Positions 1 through 11,202 of a DNA stretch of 64,000 bases are shown here, piece after piece. Position 1 is the first letter of the stretch; every line of letters begins with the position of its first letter. Origin of the DNA: the human T2T-CHM13v2.0 reference genome, Homo sapiens. Where the stretch lies: the NCBI RefSeq assembly GCF_009914755.1, contig NC_060925.1. One strand, written 5' to 3'. The notes below the pieces were generated by a model. The model did no database searches. It had not been told where the DNA came from and saw only the letters and a program-made list of their open reading frames with translations. A program made the translations under genes and the position numbers.

Positions 1-487
1 ATCCCAGGAAATAGGAATGTTGCTGTGGATTTATTGTGCAAATCCCACTCACCAATCCCCTAACTGGTCCTGGAGAGGGACCAGAAGACACTCCCTTTGT
101 CAAGGCACCGAGAGAGACACTGGTGAGAGAAGTATATCTCAAAAGTACTGTCGTAGCTATACTCTGTACATCAGGGATGCTATTGAGAGCGGCTGGAGAT
201 GAATGGACTCCCTCATGTTTGCCAGGATCCTGGGTGCCAGAGTTCAATGGCAGCACAACCACCAGTAAGGGAGAGGTTATCCCAATAGAAGGCAAGATGA
301 TCATGACCAGTCTGAGAATGGCCAGTCTGACAATCAGAATTGCCTGCACATCAAAGATCTTTGGCAGAAACTAATTGAATATGAGCTCTTAGGACAAATG
401 AGATGGGCGGTCCTCTGTGGACCTGCTTAATATAGTTGACAAAAGCAAAATAAAAACTCCCTAGATCTGAATTAAACCATCCCATCA

Positions 488-1408
<921 letters not shown>

Positions 1409-3495
1409 TCAATACAGCAAGCCCACACAGCCTCTGGAGGAAAATGGTTTTTTTCTCATTCCCAATAAGTGAAGAACTCCAAAAGCCACTTTGTCTCATC
1501 TAGTAAGGATACTTTCCTATCTCCTTCAGGGTTAGGTCAACTCTGGCTTCATGCCACAATTTGGTCTTCAGAACTCTTAATCATTTTAATGTTTTTTGGA
1601 CATCACATTGATACTATATTAATGACATCATGCCATGAGGACCCACAAGGCAGGGATGGCAGTTATTCTAGGCATGTAAGAAACATGTAAATCTCATGAG
1701 TCTACAGGGGCCTGTGACCTCACGGAAGCATTTCAGGGAGTCTAGGTTGAGATAGCTCCTCCAAAATGAAGGATGAGATATTACAGCTGACACCGCCTCC
1801 TACAGGAAGCAGAAGCGTAATGCTTTGAGGTCCTATTTATGGAAGCAATATTTGTCACATTAGTGGGCTTCTCTGACCCACTTATGGGGTGTCTCAAAAG
1901 GGAGCTAATTTTGAGAAGGGGCTCAAGGCAGAGGAGATGCTCCATTTGGTTCAGGCTGCAATGCCATCTGTTTTGTCATCCATGACTCCGTGGATCTAAC
2001 GGTGCTCAAAGTGTCAATGGCAGATTGGAGAGGTGTACATTACCTGTGACAAGCCCTGTTAGGAGAATCACAGTGTCAGTTATAAGGGTTTGGGAACACA
2101 TACATGCCTTATTTGTCAAATAACTATTTTTCTTTTGAGAAAAAGAGATGGCTTGCTCCTGGGCTGTGGAAGAGACTGAATGTCTCATCAAGAAGGCAGA
2201 TTACCATGGAGTCTGAGCTGCCCGTCTTGAGCTGCATGTTATTTTGATCCATCAAGCCACCAAGTCAGGTTCCCCAAAACACCCAGCTCTACTGGAGGCT
2301 CTCAGCATTCAGGTGGACATGTCTACCTGCCCTGGGTATGGAAGACATCTTCTGTCCCCAGTTAGCCCACTGCTTATTCAATGGGCTCATGGACACAGTG
2401 ACCATGCAGGCAGGGACTGACTGATCCATTTTGTAACAATCTGGACTTCCCCACCAAGGCTGACCTGGCTTTTCATGAGTATCGCCAGCCAACTCTGAGC
2501 CTTTCAAGAGGTTTCAAACTCAGGGGAAGTCCTAGACAGCCACCTGAAAGCAGATTATATAGACCTCTTTAATCACGTAGGATATCAGCAATTTGTCCTT
2601 GCTGTAATAGACAATGTTTCTGAACTTGGACTGACTTTCTTTGCCTCCTGTGCCTGCGTTATTGTCCCGGGACTTTCTGAATGCATTGCTCATCATCATG
2701 GTATCCTATACAATATTGCTCTGACCAAGGACCTCACTTTATACTAAAAGAAGAAACGTGGTAGGCTAATTTCTGTCCCTCAAGTAGCAGCTGGCCTTAT
2801 CCAGTGGTGGAATGACCAATTGTAGGCTTAGTTATTGTGCCTGCAGGACAACAATGCACAGAAAGGTAGCATTGGTGTCCTATAATATATAGAATTTCTT
2901 CTGAACCCAAAGCTGACATATCGTGCTATTTGTCCTGCAGTCAGGATACATGGCTACAGGAACCAAGAGAATGGCACCTTTCACTAACACTCAGTGACTT
3001 ACTTGCAAATTTTTTTGTTTCCCGTTCCTTCGCCTCTAGGCTTGGCTAGTTTGAAGGTCTTAGTAACCAAGGAGGAACTCTTCTACCCCAGGAGATTCAA
3101 GTGTGGTTTAAGTGAAATAAAAGTTGAGACCCTGGCTATTTCAGACTCCTCATGCCAGTGGGTGAATTGTAAAAAATAGTATGATGGTGTTGGCTGTGAT
3201 GACAGTAACTATTAAGAGGAAGTAGAGTTGCTGTTATATGATGAGCAATAAAAGGTGAATAGACAGAATTCAATCATGGTAGTGCCTCTTGCTGCTGGCA
3301 TGTCCAGTGGCAAACATTAACAAGCTTAGATTCCTCAGAAATCAGGGCTACCCCTGACTAGCTGAGATCCCTGATGAAGGGAAAGGGAAATTTTGTAACG
3401 TCCATTAAGGAGAGCAATTACAGCTTTATGACCAGTCAGAAAAACAACAACTCTAACTTATATTTTTTTCTTGCTGTGTCATATGTATGTATTTT

Positions 3496-3576
3496 ATAAA
3501 TTGATGCAAAAGTAATTGTGGTTTTTGTCATTACTTTTAATTGCAAAAAGCCACAATTACTTTGGCGCCAACCTAA
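3496..3576. mobile_element. MADE1 (Hsmar1-derived mariner MITE)
   Basis: About 80-bp palindrome ttgatgcaaaagtaattgtggtttttgtca...gcaaaaagccacaattactttggcgccaacctaa followed by TA. Confidence 0.9.
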
Positions 3577-3796
3577 TAATGAATTCTCCTTTCCTTTACA
3601 TTTTTTTCTTCTACTATTTTATACAGGACAAACTAGTGATGGATAACTTAATAATTTAGTCCGTAAGATACAGAATGTTGAGATGAGATGGTGACAGAAT
3701 TGGAGGAATGGCTATCACCCAGAGCTCCTGGGCTTGGAGCTGGACACAGAAAATGATGATCCTTTTGGGGGAAAGAGGGAATGTGTTTTTCTGTTT

Positions 3797-3918
3797 TCTT
3801 CCTTCCTTCCTTCCTTCCTTCCTTCCTTCCTTCCTTCCTTCCTTTCTCCTTCCTTCCTTTTTTCCCCTCCCTCCCTCCTTCCTTCCCTTCCTTCCCTTTC
3901 TTCCCTTCCTTCCTTCCT
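3797..3918. repeat. (TTCC)n microsatellite in place of an Alu tail
   Basis: Tandem ttcc/cctt units directly abutting an antisense Alu. Confidence 0.95.
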
Positions 3919-4277
<359 letters not shown>

Positions 4278-4303
4278 TGACACTAGGTAGTCAAAGAGGT
4301 GAA

Positions 4304-4690
4304 CTGTTGTAGCCATCTGGCATTCTTTTTGTCTGCTTTGAAGTCATGATAAAGATGCTAGTTTTTCCTAAATCCATTCGCCCCTTCATCCATAATTACA
4401 GAACCATGGCTTTCAGCTGTGTACAATGCCACGTGGACTAAAACTACGTTTCCCAATCTCTTGTAGCCAGCTTGCTAGGGTAATTAAGTCCTAGCAATGA
4501 GCTAAAAGTGGATGCATTATGTGGTCTTTCTGGGAAGGCTCCAGAAACAGGAGAAAACAAGTGCTCTTTAGTCTTCCCCTGTTCCTCCTAACGCTGGCCT
4601 GGGATGTGGACTCAATGTCTGGAGAGCCAGTAGCCCTCCTGGATCATGAGGTAGAATCCATGCACACTGGAGGGAGAAATATCAGAGTCT
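4304..4690 (+). mobile_element. ERVL LTR (LTR33/LTR16-like), probable 3' LTR of the upstream element
   Basis: Starts TG after the PPT-like tract; contains actacgtttcccaatc and ggcctgggatgtggactcaatgtctggagagccagtagccctcctggatcatgagg, resembling LTR33-type consensus. Confidence 0.6.
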
Positions 4691-6227
4691 GGACCTCTGT
4701 TGACAAACAATATTCCTTCAGTGTAATAAAATGTATACGGATGCTTTTCCAATGTGCCAGGGGAGAGACTGGTAAACAAGCCTAGTTTCTATCATAAGGA
4801 CACATAAATAAGTGTGTTGCGGGGGAAACTAACAATCAGGCAAGGATATTAGGGAAGCACACAGGTGAAACACCTAGCCTAATCCTGAGAGTTTGGTGGG
4901 TGGAGAGTTCTGGAGAGGCTCTCTGCAGGAAGTTACACCCTCATGGATAGCTAGGAAGGACCAGCTGTTGGAGGAAAGGGCAGAATTTTCTTAGTCTAGG
5001 GGAGTCAGGAGGTGTTAACACTGCTTAACACCTTGGAAGAGATAAGGCAGGGAGGTAAGCTAGGGTAGGAGTTTAGACTCTATCCCCAGAACTATGAGGA
5101 GCAAGGGAAGGGCATTTAAGCACGGGAGTAAAGTGGCCAGGTGTTCTTTAGAGCGATCATTCCATCATTCCACTTGCGCTGTTCAGAACGGGGATTGAGG
5201 GGAACGAGATCAGAGGCGTGGAGCCCAATTCCGTATTTCCTCTTGAAATAGCGATAGGGAGAGAGGGAAAGGATAGAAAAACTGGAAAAGGAGCTCCACG
5301 CCAAAGGCACACTTGGCCCCAGTGAACCACCTGGAATACGCTGGGAGCGCTGTAACCACTAAGTAATTCTGAGCAAAAGCTAGGGTGGATTCTGGATATG
5401 CCAGGCCGTCTTTTGGAAAAAGAACACACAATTAGGCACGAAGTGGAGTAAGAAAAGAAATCACAATTACTGGAGCCTCGGAAATCCGAGTTTCTTTCTT
5501 CTGTTTACCAGAACCGCTTGCCCAGCAATGTTTCCAGAGGGCGCCCGGCTTTCCCTCTTTTCCCAGAGCACTCCCCAGCTCTCCCAAGACAAGGGTGGCG
5601 TGGTGCCCCGGGGCAAAGACTAAGTCGCTGTACAGCCTCGAGGAGCGAGCTGCTCAGCAAAAGCAAAAGAGAAGGGCTCTCGGGTGGCGGGGACAGACCC
5701 TCCTTCGGCATGGGTTGGATCGGACAAGGGGGGCCGTGTGCCGTCAGCTGCCCCACTTCTCTCTGAAGCCCAGTGGGCTCCATCCACTGACCCGCGGCCC
5801 GCGCGCCTCCCGGCACCGGCTACATCGCTGGGAGGTGAGGCGCTGGGAGCGCGTGAGGCTCTCCGGGAGAAAACAGCCCAGCTTGCATCCCAGAGGAGGC
5901 AGCAGCCGCAGGCACCGTCTATTTCCTCACTCAGTATACAAATTTGACCTCAAAAATACGAACCCTGTCTTTGGCATGTCTGCATTTAGAAATAAACATC
6001 ATTCCAGACGCCGGCCAGTTCATAGCCACAGAGTCGTAAAGTTTTATTTTTAAAGGGGGGGACGGAAAGGACTTGTAAAGTTTTTTTTTAAAATTTGTTT
6101 TTAAATAAAGGAATTAACTTCTGCAAAACAAGCAATCAGCAGCAGAATGCGCGAGGCCACGAGTGCGATCCCCCGAGGCGCGGGGCGCGGCTGGGAAGTT
6201 TTGGGGGCGCGCGGCGCGGTGCCGGGA

Positions 6228-6465
6228 CCGGGGAGGAGGCGCGCGGTTCTGGGGGCGCGCAGTGCGGGAGCGCGCGGCCCCGGGGATGGGGAAGGGGCCG
6301 GGGACGGGTAGCGCGCGGCCCCTGGGATGGGGAGGGGGCGGGAAGGGGGGAAGAGACGCGGGGCTCTGGGGGCCCGCAGTCTGGGAGCGCGCGGCCCCGG
6401 GGATGGGGAGGGGGCCGGGAGGAGGCGTGCGGCTCTGGGGGCGCGCACTGCGGGAGCGCGCGGTG
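6228..6465. repeat. GC-rich compound repeat in the promoter
   Basis: Three copies of ggaggaggcgcgcggttctgggggcgcgcagtgcgggagcgcgcgg (about 6232, 6349, 6418) interleaved with three of gcgcgcggccccggggatggggaRggggc. Confidence 0.85.
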
Positions 6466-6678
6466 GCGAGGATAGGGCGGGCCGGGGTTCGCGGGGCGAA
6501 GGCGCGCGGTGCCCGGGGGAGGGCGGGCCGGGGCGCGCGGGGCCGGTCGGCGCGCGGGGGCGGCGGGCGCGGCGCTGCCAATCGCAGACAAAGGCCGTCC
6601 CAGTGAATCATGTGGTGCCGGGGGAGGAAGTGCGGCTTGTTTTCTTTCCTCCAGTCTCGGGGCTGCAGGCTGAGCGCG

Positions 6679-6726
6679 ATGCGCGGAGACCCCCGCGGGG
6701 GCGGCGGCGGCCGTGAGCCCCGATGA
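6679..6726 (+). promoter_or_regulatory. Upstream [18 protein letters not shown] overlapping the main start codon
   Basis: ATG 6679-6681 reads in frame to TGA 6724-6726, which overlaps the main ATG 6723-6725. Whether it is translated is unknown. Confidence 0.6.
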
Positions 6727-7136
6727 GGCCCGAGCGTCCCCGGCCGCGCGGCAGCGCCCCCGGCCCGATGGAGACCCCGCCGTGGGACCCAGCCCGCAAC
6801 GACTCGCTGCCGCCCACGCTGACCCCGGCCGTGCCCCCCTACGTGAAGCTTGGCCTCACCGTCGTCTACACCGTGTTCTACGCGCTGCTCTTCGTGTTCA
6901 TCTACGTGCAGCTCTGGCTGGTGCTGCGTTACCGCCACAAGCGGCTCAGCTACCAGAGCGTCTTCCTCTTTCTCTGCCTCTTCTGGGCCTCCCTGCGGAC
7001 CGTCCTCTTCTCCTTCTACTTCAAAGACTTCGTGGCGGCCAATTCGCTCAGCCCCTTCGTCTTCTGGCTGCTCTACTGCTTCCCTGTGTGCCTGCAGTTT
7101 TTCACCCTCACGCTGATGAACTTGTACTTCACGCAG
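6723..7136 (+). CDS. GPR137B: GPR137B exon 1 (codons 1-138)
   Basis: [28 protein letters not shown]...LMNLYFTQ with three hydrophobic segments; donor CAG|gtgagt at 7136/7137; 414 nt, phase 0. Confidence 0.98.
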
Positions 7137-8232
7137 GTGAGTTTCAGAGAGGCTCCTGGAGGCGCTCACCTGGCGGGGTGGTCCCCGCGGGGCGCCCGAG
7201 GCAGGGGCGATGGCAGCCGCGGGGGCGGGTCCGGCCCTAGGGCTGAGAGTGTAGGGAGAAGGCGCCGGCTCTGGGGTCGTCCGAACCCTGTCCTGTTTGC
7301 GGGCATTTGTCATAGGAAACCCCCTGCCATTCCCAAAAGGGGCAAGGAGAAGGCAGGGGAGGGCTGGAGGCCGCCGCTCACTCGCTGCCCCTGGCTCCGC
7401 ATCGTGCGGTGGATTCGGGGCGCTTCTCCGTGCGCAGCGCGAAGCAGCAGCGCCTGCACACGCCAGTTAGTACGGATGGAAGGTGTGCCCCCAAGGGAGG
7501 CCTGAACTCTAGAATTTGCCCTGCCTCCCCAGGCACCTAACTCCCGGCCTGGAAAGGTCTTCTGCACGTTGGCCTCCAGATTTGGGCCTGACACTGCTGT
7601 TTTGAGCGTTGGCAGGGTGAGACCGTGTTGGTTTTGATGAGATGTTTTGAACCTCCGGCTTAGGAGCTCTACAGAACTGCGGCTTACTAACTCATTCCAC
7701 CGGATTGCTAAACAGCAGGCTGGGGTAACACCCAGCTCCGAGCTGCTGCCGCTCATCAGACTTACTGTCTGAGCTCATCTGAGAGGCCCCAAGAAAAGGC
7801 CATAAAAGCTGACTGGGGCTCTTTTACAGCCACACAAAAATCACTTTATGGGGCATATTATTAAATAAGCTAATGGGAGAGTATGTGAATTAACTTGGCT
7901 GCTGCTTTACTGCTGATGGTTGACTTAATGAAAGTGCAGTAATTGTTGAGCACTTTGCAAATACTTTGTATAGCGTTGCACAAAGGTTTAATAACGCGGT
8001 GCCGCCGTCATCATCGTCATCATCATCTCTGATTCCCATTAGCTTTCCAAGCACTAAGATGTCCATTTTCACTAGGACTCTGCCGAAGGGGAAGGCGTCA
8101 ACGGTGTCACCTGGTGAGGGTAATTTCAGAACTGTCGGATGGGCAGAAACCCTGTGCAAGCAGGCATCTCATTCCTTTTAAGTGTCTTTTTTTTTTTTTT
8201 GAGAAAAAGTCACTTATTTAAAAAAAGAAAGA

Positions 8233-8539
8233 GGCCGTATGCGGTGGCGCATGCCTGTCATCCCAGCATTGTGGAGGCGGAGGCGGGAGGATCGCTTGTG
8301 TCCCTGAGTTTGAGACCGGCCTGGGCAACATGGCGAAACTTCCTCTCTACAAAATGTACAAAAATTAGCTGGGTGTGGTAGTGCCCGCCTGTAGTTCCAG
8401 CTACTCAGGAGGCTGAGGTGGGAGGCGGAGCCCGGGAGGCGGAGGTTGCAGTGAGCAGAGATTGAACCACTGCACTCCAGCCTGGGTGACAGAGCTAGAT
8501 CCTGTCTCAACAAACGAACAAACAAACAAAAAAAACAAA
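8233..8539 (+). mobile_element. Alu (AluJ/S)
   Basis: Alu consensus with (AAAC)n tail. Confidence 0.93.
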
Positions 8540-9379
8540 GTAGGAAAAGGATTGCTCTGGTACAGTGGAAGCCACTGACTGAAAATATGGAAGAAGTACT
8601 TTTGGCTAAAAAATAGCATATGTGATATTTTGTAGATAGTATAATCTTTTAAAAATGGGTCTACACTCAGACTTCTTGTAAGTCCAGCGCATCAGCATAT
8701 TTTCCGGTCGGAGAGTAATGCGTATTGCCTGTCCAAGTACAACCTTTAAACCTGCAAACCAGTTCAGGCAGTCGGCTGCATTGCACAGACACTTGGGTTT
8801 TGTAATTGAAATGAGGTGGTTCTAGCAAGATGCAAAAGACAGGTGAGGTGATGTTACCCTAAGAACTGTGACAATGGTGGTATTGCACGTTGAGCTCTTT
8901 ATATTTGTCCCCTTTTTGGGGGGCAGTGGGGGAAGAGGAAAATGCAGGGAACTGCCACAGCTCTCTGGTAATCACATGCAAATTCTGAACTTAGAGCCGG
9001 ATTAGGGGCCGGGCTGCACATTTTCTGCACCATCTGCTGGTTGGTGAGTAAATGCTGAGCAAGGGAAACAGTGACCAGGCAGACAGAGCCACTCCGGCCC
9101 AGGGGCCCAAAGTCACGGCCCTGTACTCTTTATATCTCCCAGGTCTGCGGGCACCACAGCAAAGGCTTTTCGCCTGAGGGCACAGGGTGGCTGGCTGGAG
9201 AAGGTGGCATGTCTCCATCTCTGAGTGCTGGCATCTCAGAGCCTGGCAGAACAAAGCCATTTCTGGCTTAGTGACAAAACTGTGATACTTCTGGGGAGTT
9301 ATAAAGCCTTTTGTCGCCAACCCAGCTCTGCCTCCCATCTCCTCCTCTCCCGCTCACCCCCTCTTTCTCTTACACAAAC

Positions 9380-9470
9380 CATTGGAATTACCTAAAGTGG
9401 GGAGCTTTAAGAATGACTGTTGCTTGGGCCCCCATCTCAGACCAAGTAAATGAGATTTTTGGAGAAGGGG
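9380..9470. mobile_element. MER5-like hAT fragment
   Basis: ggggagctttaagaatgactgttgcttgggcccccatctcagacc resembles the MER5A core. Confidence 0.5.
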
Positions 9471-9514
9471 CTGACAGCTAACAATTAAGAAGTATGTTTA
9501 AGAAAGCATACTTT

Positions 9515-9750
9515 CGATCTCGGCTCACTGCAGCCTCCGCCTCCCGGGTTCAAATGATTCTCCTACCTCAGCCTCCTAAGTAGCTGGGACTACAGGTGTG
9601 TGCCACTATGCCCAGCTAAGTTTTGTATTTTTAGTAGAGACAGTGTTTCACCATGTTGACCAGGATGGTCTTGATCTCTTGACCTTGTGATCTGTCCACC
9701 TCGGCCTCCCAAAGTGCTGGGATTACAGGTGTGAGCCACCGCACCCGGCC
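9515..9750 (-). mobile_element. 3'-truncated (tailless) AluS with TSD
   Basis: No poly(T); flanked by aagaaagca(t/c)actt at 9500-9513 and 9751-9764. Confidence 0.9.
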
Positions 9751-9814
9751 AAGAAAGCACACTTCTAAGCAATTGGTTATATTTATTTTTACCAGAACTC
9801 TCTGAAGAAAGTAC

Positions 9815-9935
9815 CGGTATTGTCCCCATTTTCCAGAGGAGGAAACTGAGGCTGAGAGGTCGTAGATGACTTGCTCAAGGTCACACTGTCAGTGCATGGT
9901 GGAGCTGGGATTCAACACACATCTGTGCTGTCTGA
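9815..9935 (-). mobile_element. MIR
   Basis: ccccattttccagaggaggaaactgaggct...gacttgctcaaggtcacac core. Confidence 0.85.
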
Positions 9936-9975
9936 GTGTGAGGTTTGTCTTTTATGTACAGTATGCGAAACCTCT

Positions 9976-10251
9976 TTTTATTTTATTTTTTGAGATAGAG
10001 CCTTGCTTTGTGGTGATCTGGGTTCACTGCAACCTCTGCCTCCTGGATTCAAGCGATTCTCCTGCCTCAGCCTCCCGAGTATCTGGGATTACAGGCACCT
10101 GCCACTGCACCTGGCTAATTTTTGTATTTTTAGTAGAGATGGAGTTTTGCCATGTTGGCCAGGTTGGTCTCAAACTCCTGACCTCAAGTAATCTGCCCAC
10201 CTCGGCCTCCCAAAGTGCCGTGATTACAGGTGTGAGCCACCGTGCCTGGCC
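9976..10251 (-). mobile_element. AluS with small internal deletion
   Basis: Alu consensus; TSD gaaacctctt. Confidence 0.92.
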
Positions 10252-10914
10252 ATGAAACCTCTTAACAATGGGAAAACATACCCAACTCTAAATCTAACCT
10301 CGTGTTCTCCAGGAGCGCAAAATCAGGTTGCAGAGAATCAAAGTATACATACAGCACAGTTAAGGCACGATTTGCGGCACTGAAGGGAATGGTTATTGAA
10401 GCGTCAGGAGACTTGAATGAGACATGAATCCTCTGAGAAGAAGCAGGTGTCTGGAGGCTGAAGCTGGGTGGGGAGGAAGAGAGGATGGTGGGAAGGAAGT
10501 CGTGGGGGCAGTTTGGGAATTGGGAATGAACTGGAAGGAGAGGTCCGAGATGGGGAGGAAGCTTTTTTCTGTTGTTGTCAGTCCTTTGTGCTTTTGCAGG
10601 GTCCCTGTACCTGGGCCTTACTCATCTCACCCTCCCTGGTGACCCAGAGGGTACTGTTACCCCCCAACTGAGGCTCGGAGGGGTGAGAACACTTGCCCAC
10701 ACTGCCCCGTCCGAGCCTCCGTGCAATGCACACGATGCTGCAGTACGCAGCCCCGGCTGCCCTTGGGTACACATCTGAGGGTAATGCGATCATGAGCAAG
10801 CTCAATTTGATTAACTTACCCCTAAATCACTGCTTTTAAATTCTGCCATGTTAAGTCTCTTTCCACCCCTAATGACCTCTCAGGCAGATCCTATGGCTTT
10901 CTAGTCATACTCGG

Positions 10915-11202
10915 TAATTATTATTATTTTGGAGTCTGGCTCTGTCACCCAGGCCGCAGTAGTGTGATCTTGGCTCACTGCAACCTCCGCCTCCCAGATT
11001 CAAGCAGTTCTCCTGCCTCGGCCTCCTTAGTAGCTGAGATTACAGGTGTGCGCCACCACGCCTGGCTAATTTCTGTATTTTCAGTAGAGACAGGGTTTCA
11101 CCATCTTGGCCAGGCTGGTTTTGAACTCCTGACCTCAGGTGATCTGCCTACCTCGGCTTCCCAAAGTGCTGGGATTGCAGGCGTGAGCCACTGTGCCTGG
11201 CC
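10915..11202 (-). mobile_element. AluS
   Basis: Alu consensus. Confidence 0.93.

Larger units (their letters stand above)
5500..7600. promoter_or_regulatory. GPR137B: CpG island and promoter of GPR137B
   Basis: Very high GC and CpG density spanning exon 1; GC boxes; CCAAT 6578-6582; TCATGTG 6608-6614; GAGGAAGT 6624-6631. Confidence 0.93.

Noticed and set aside
6114-7313. 399-aa minus-strand ORF and other long ORFs over the CpG island
   Set aside because: Shadow frames of a GC-rich exon and promoter repeat, with low-complexity P/R/A/G content and no recognisable domain.
7137-7505. ORF-track extension of exon 1 to 260 aa
   Set aside because: Read-through past the strong CAG|gtgagt donor into intron 1.
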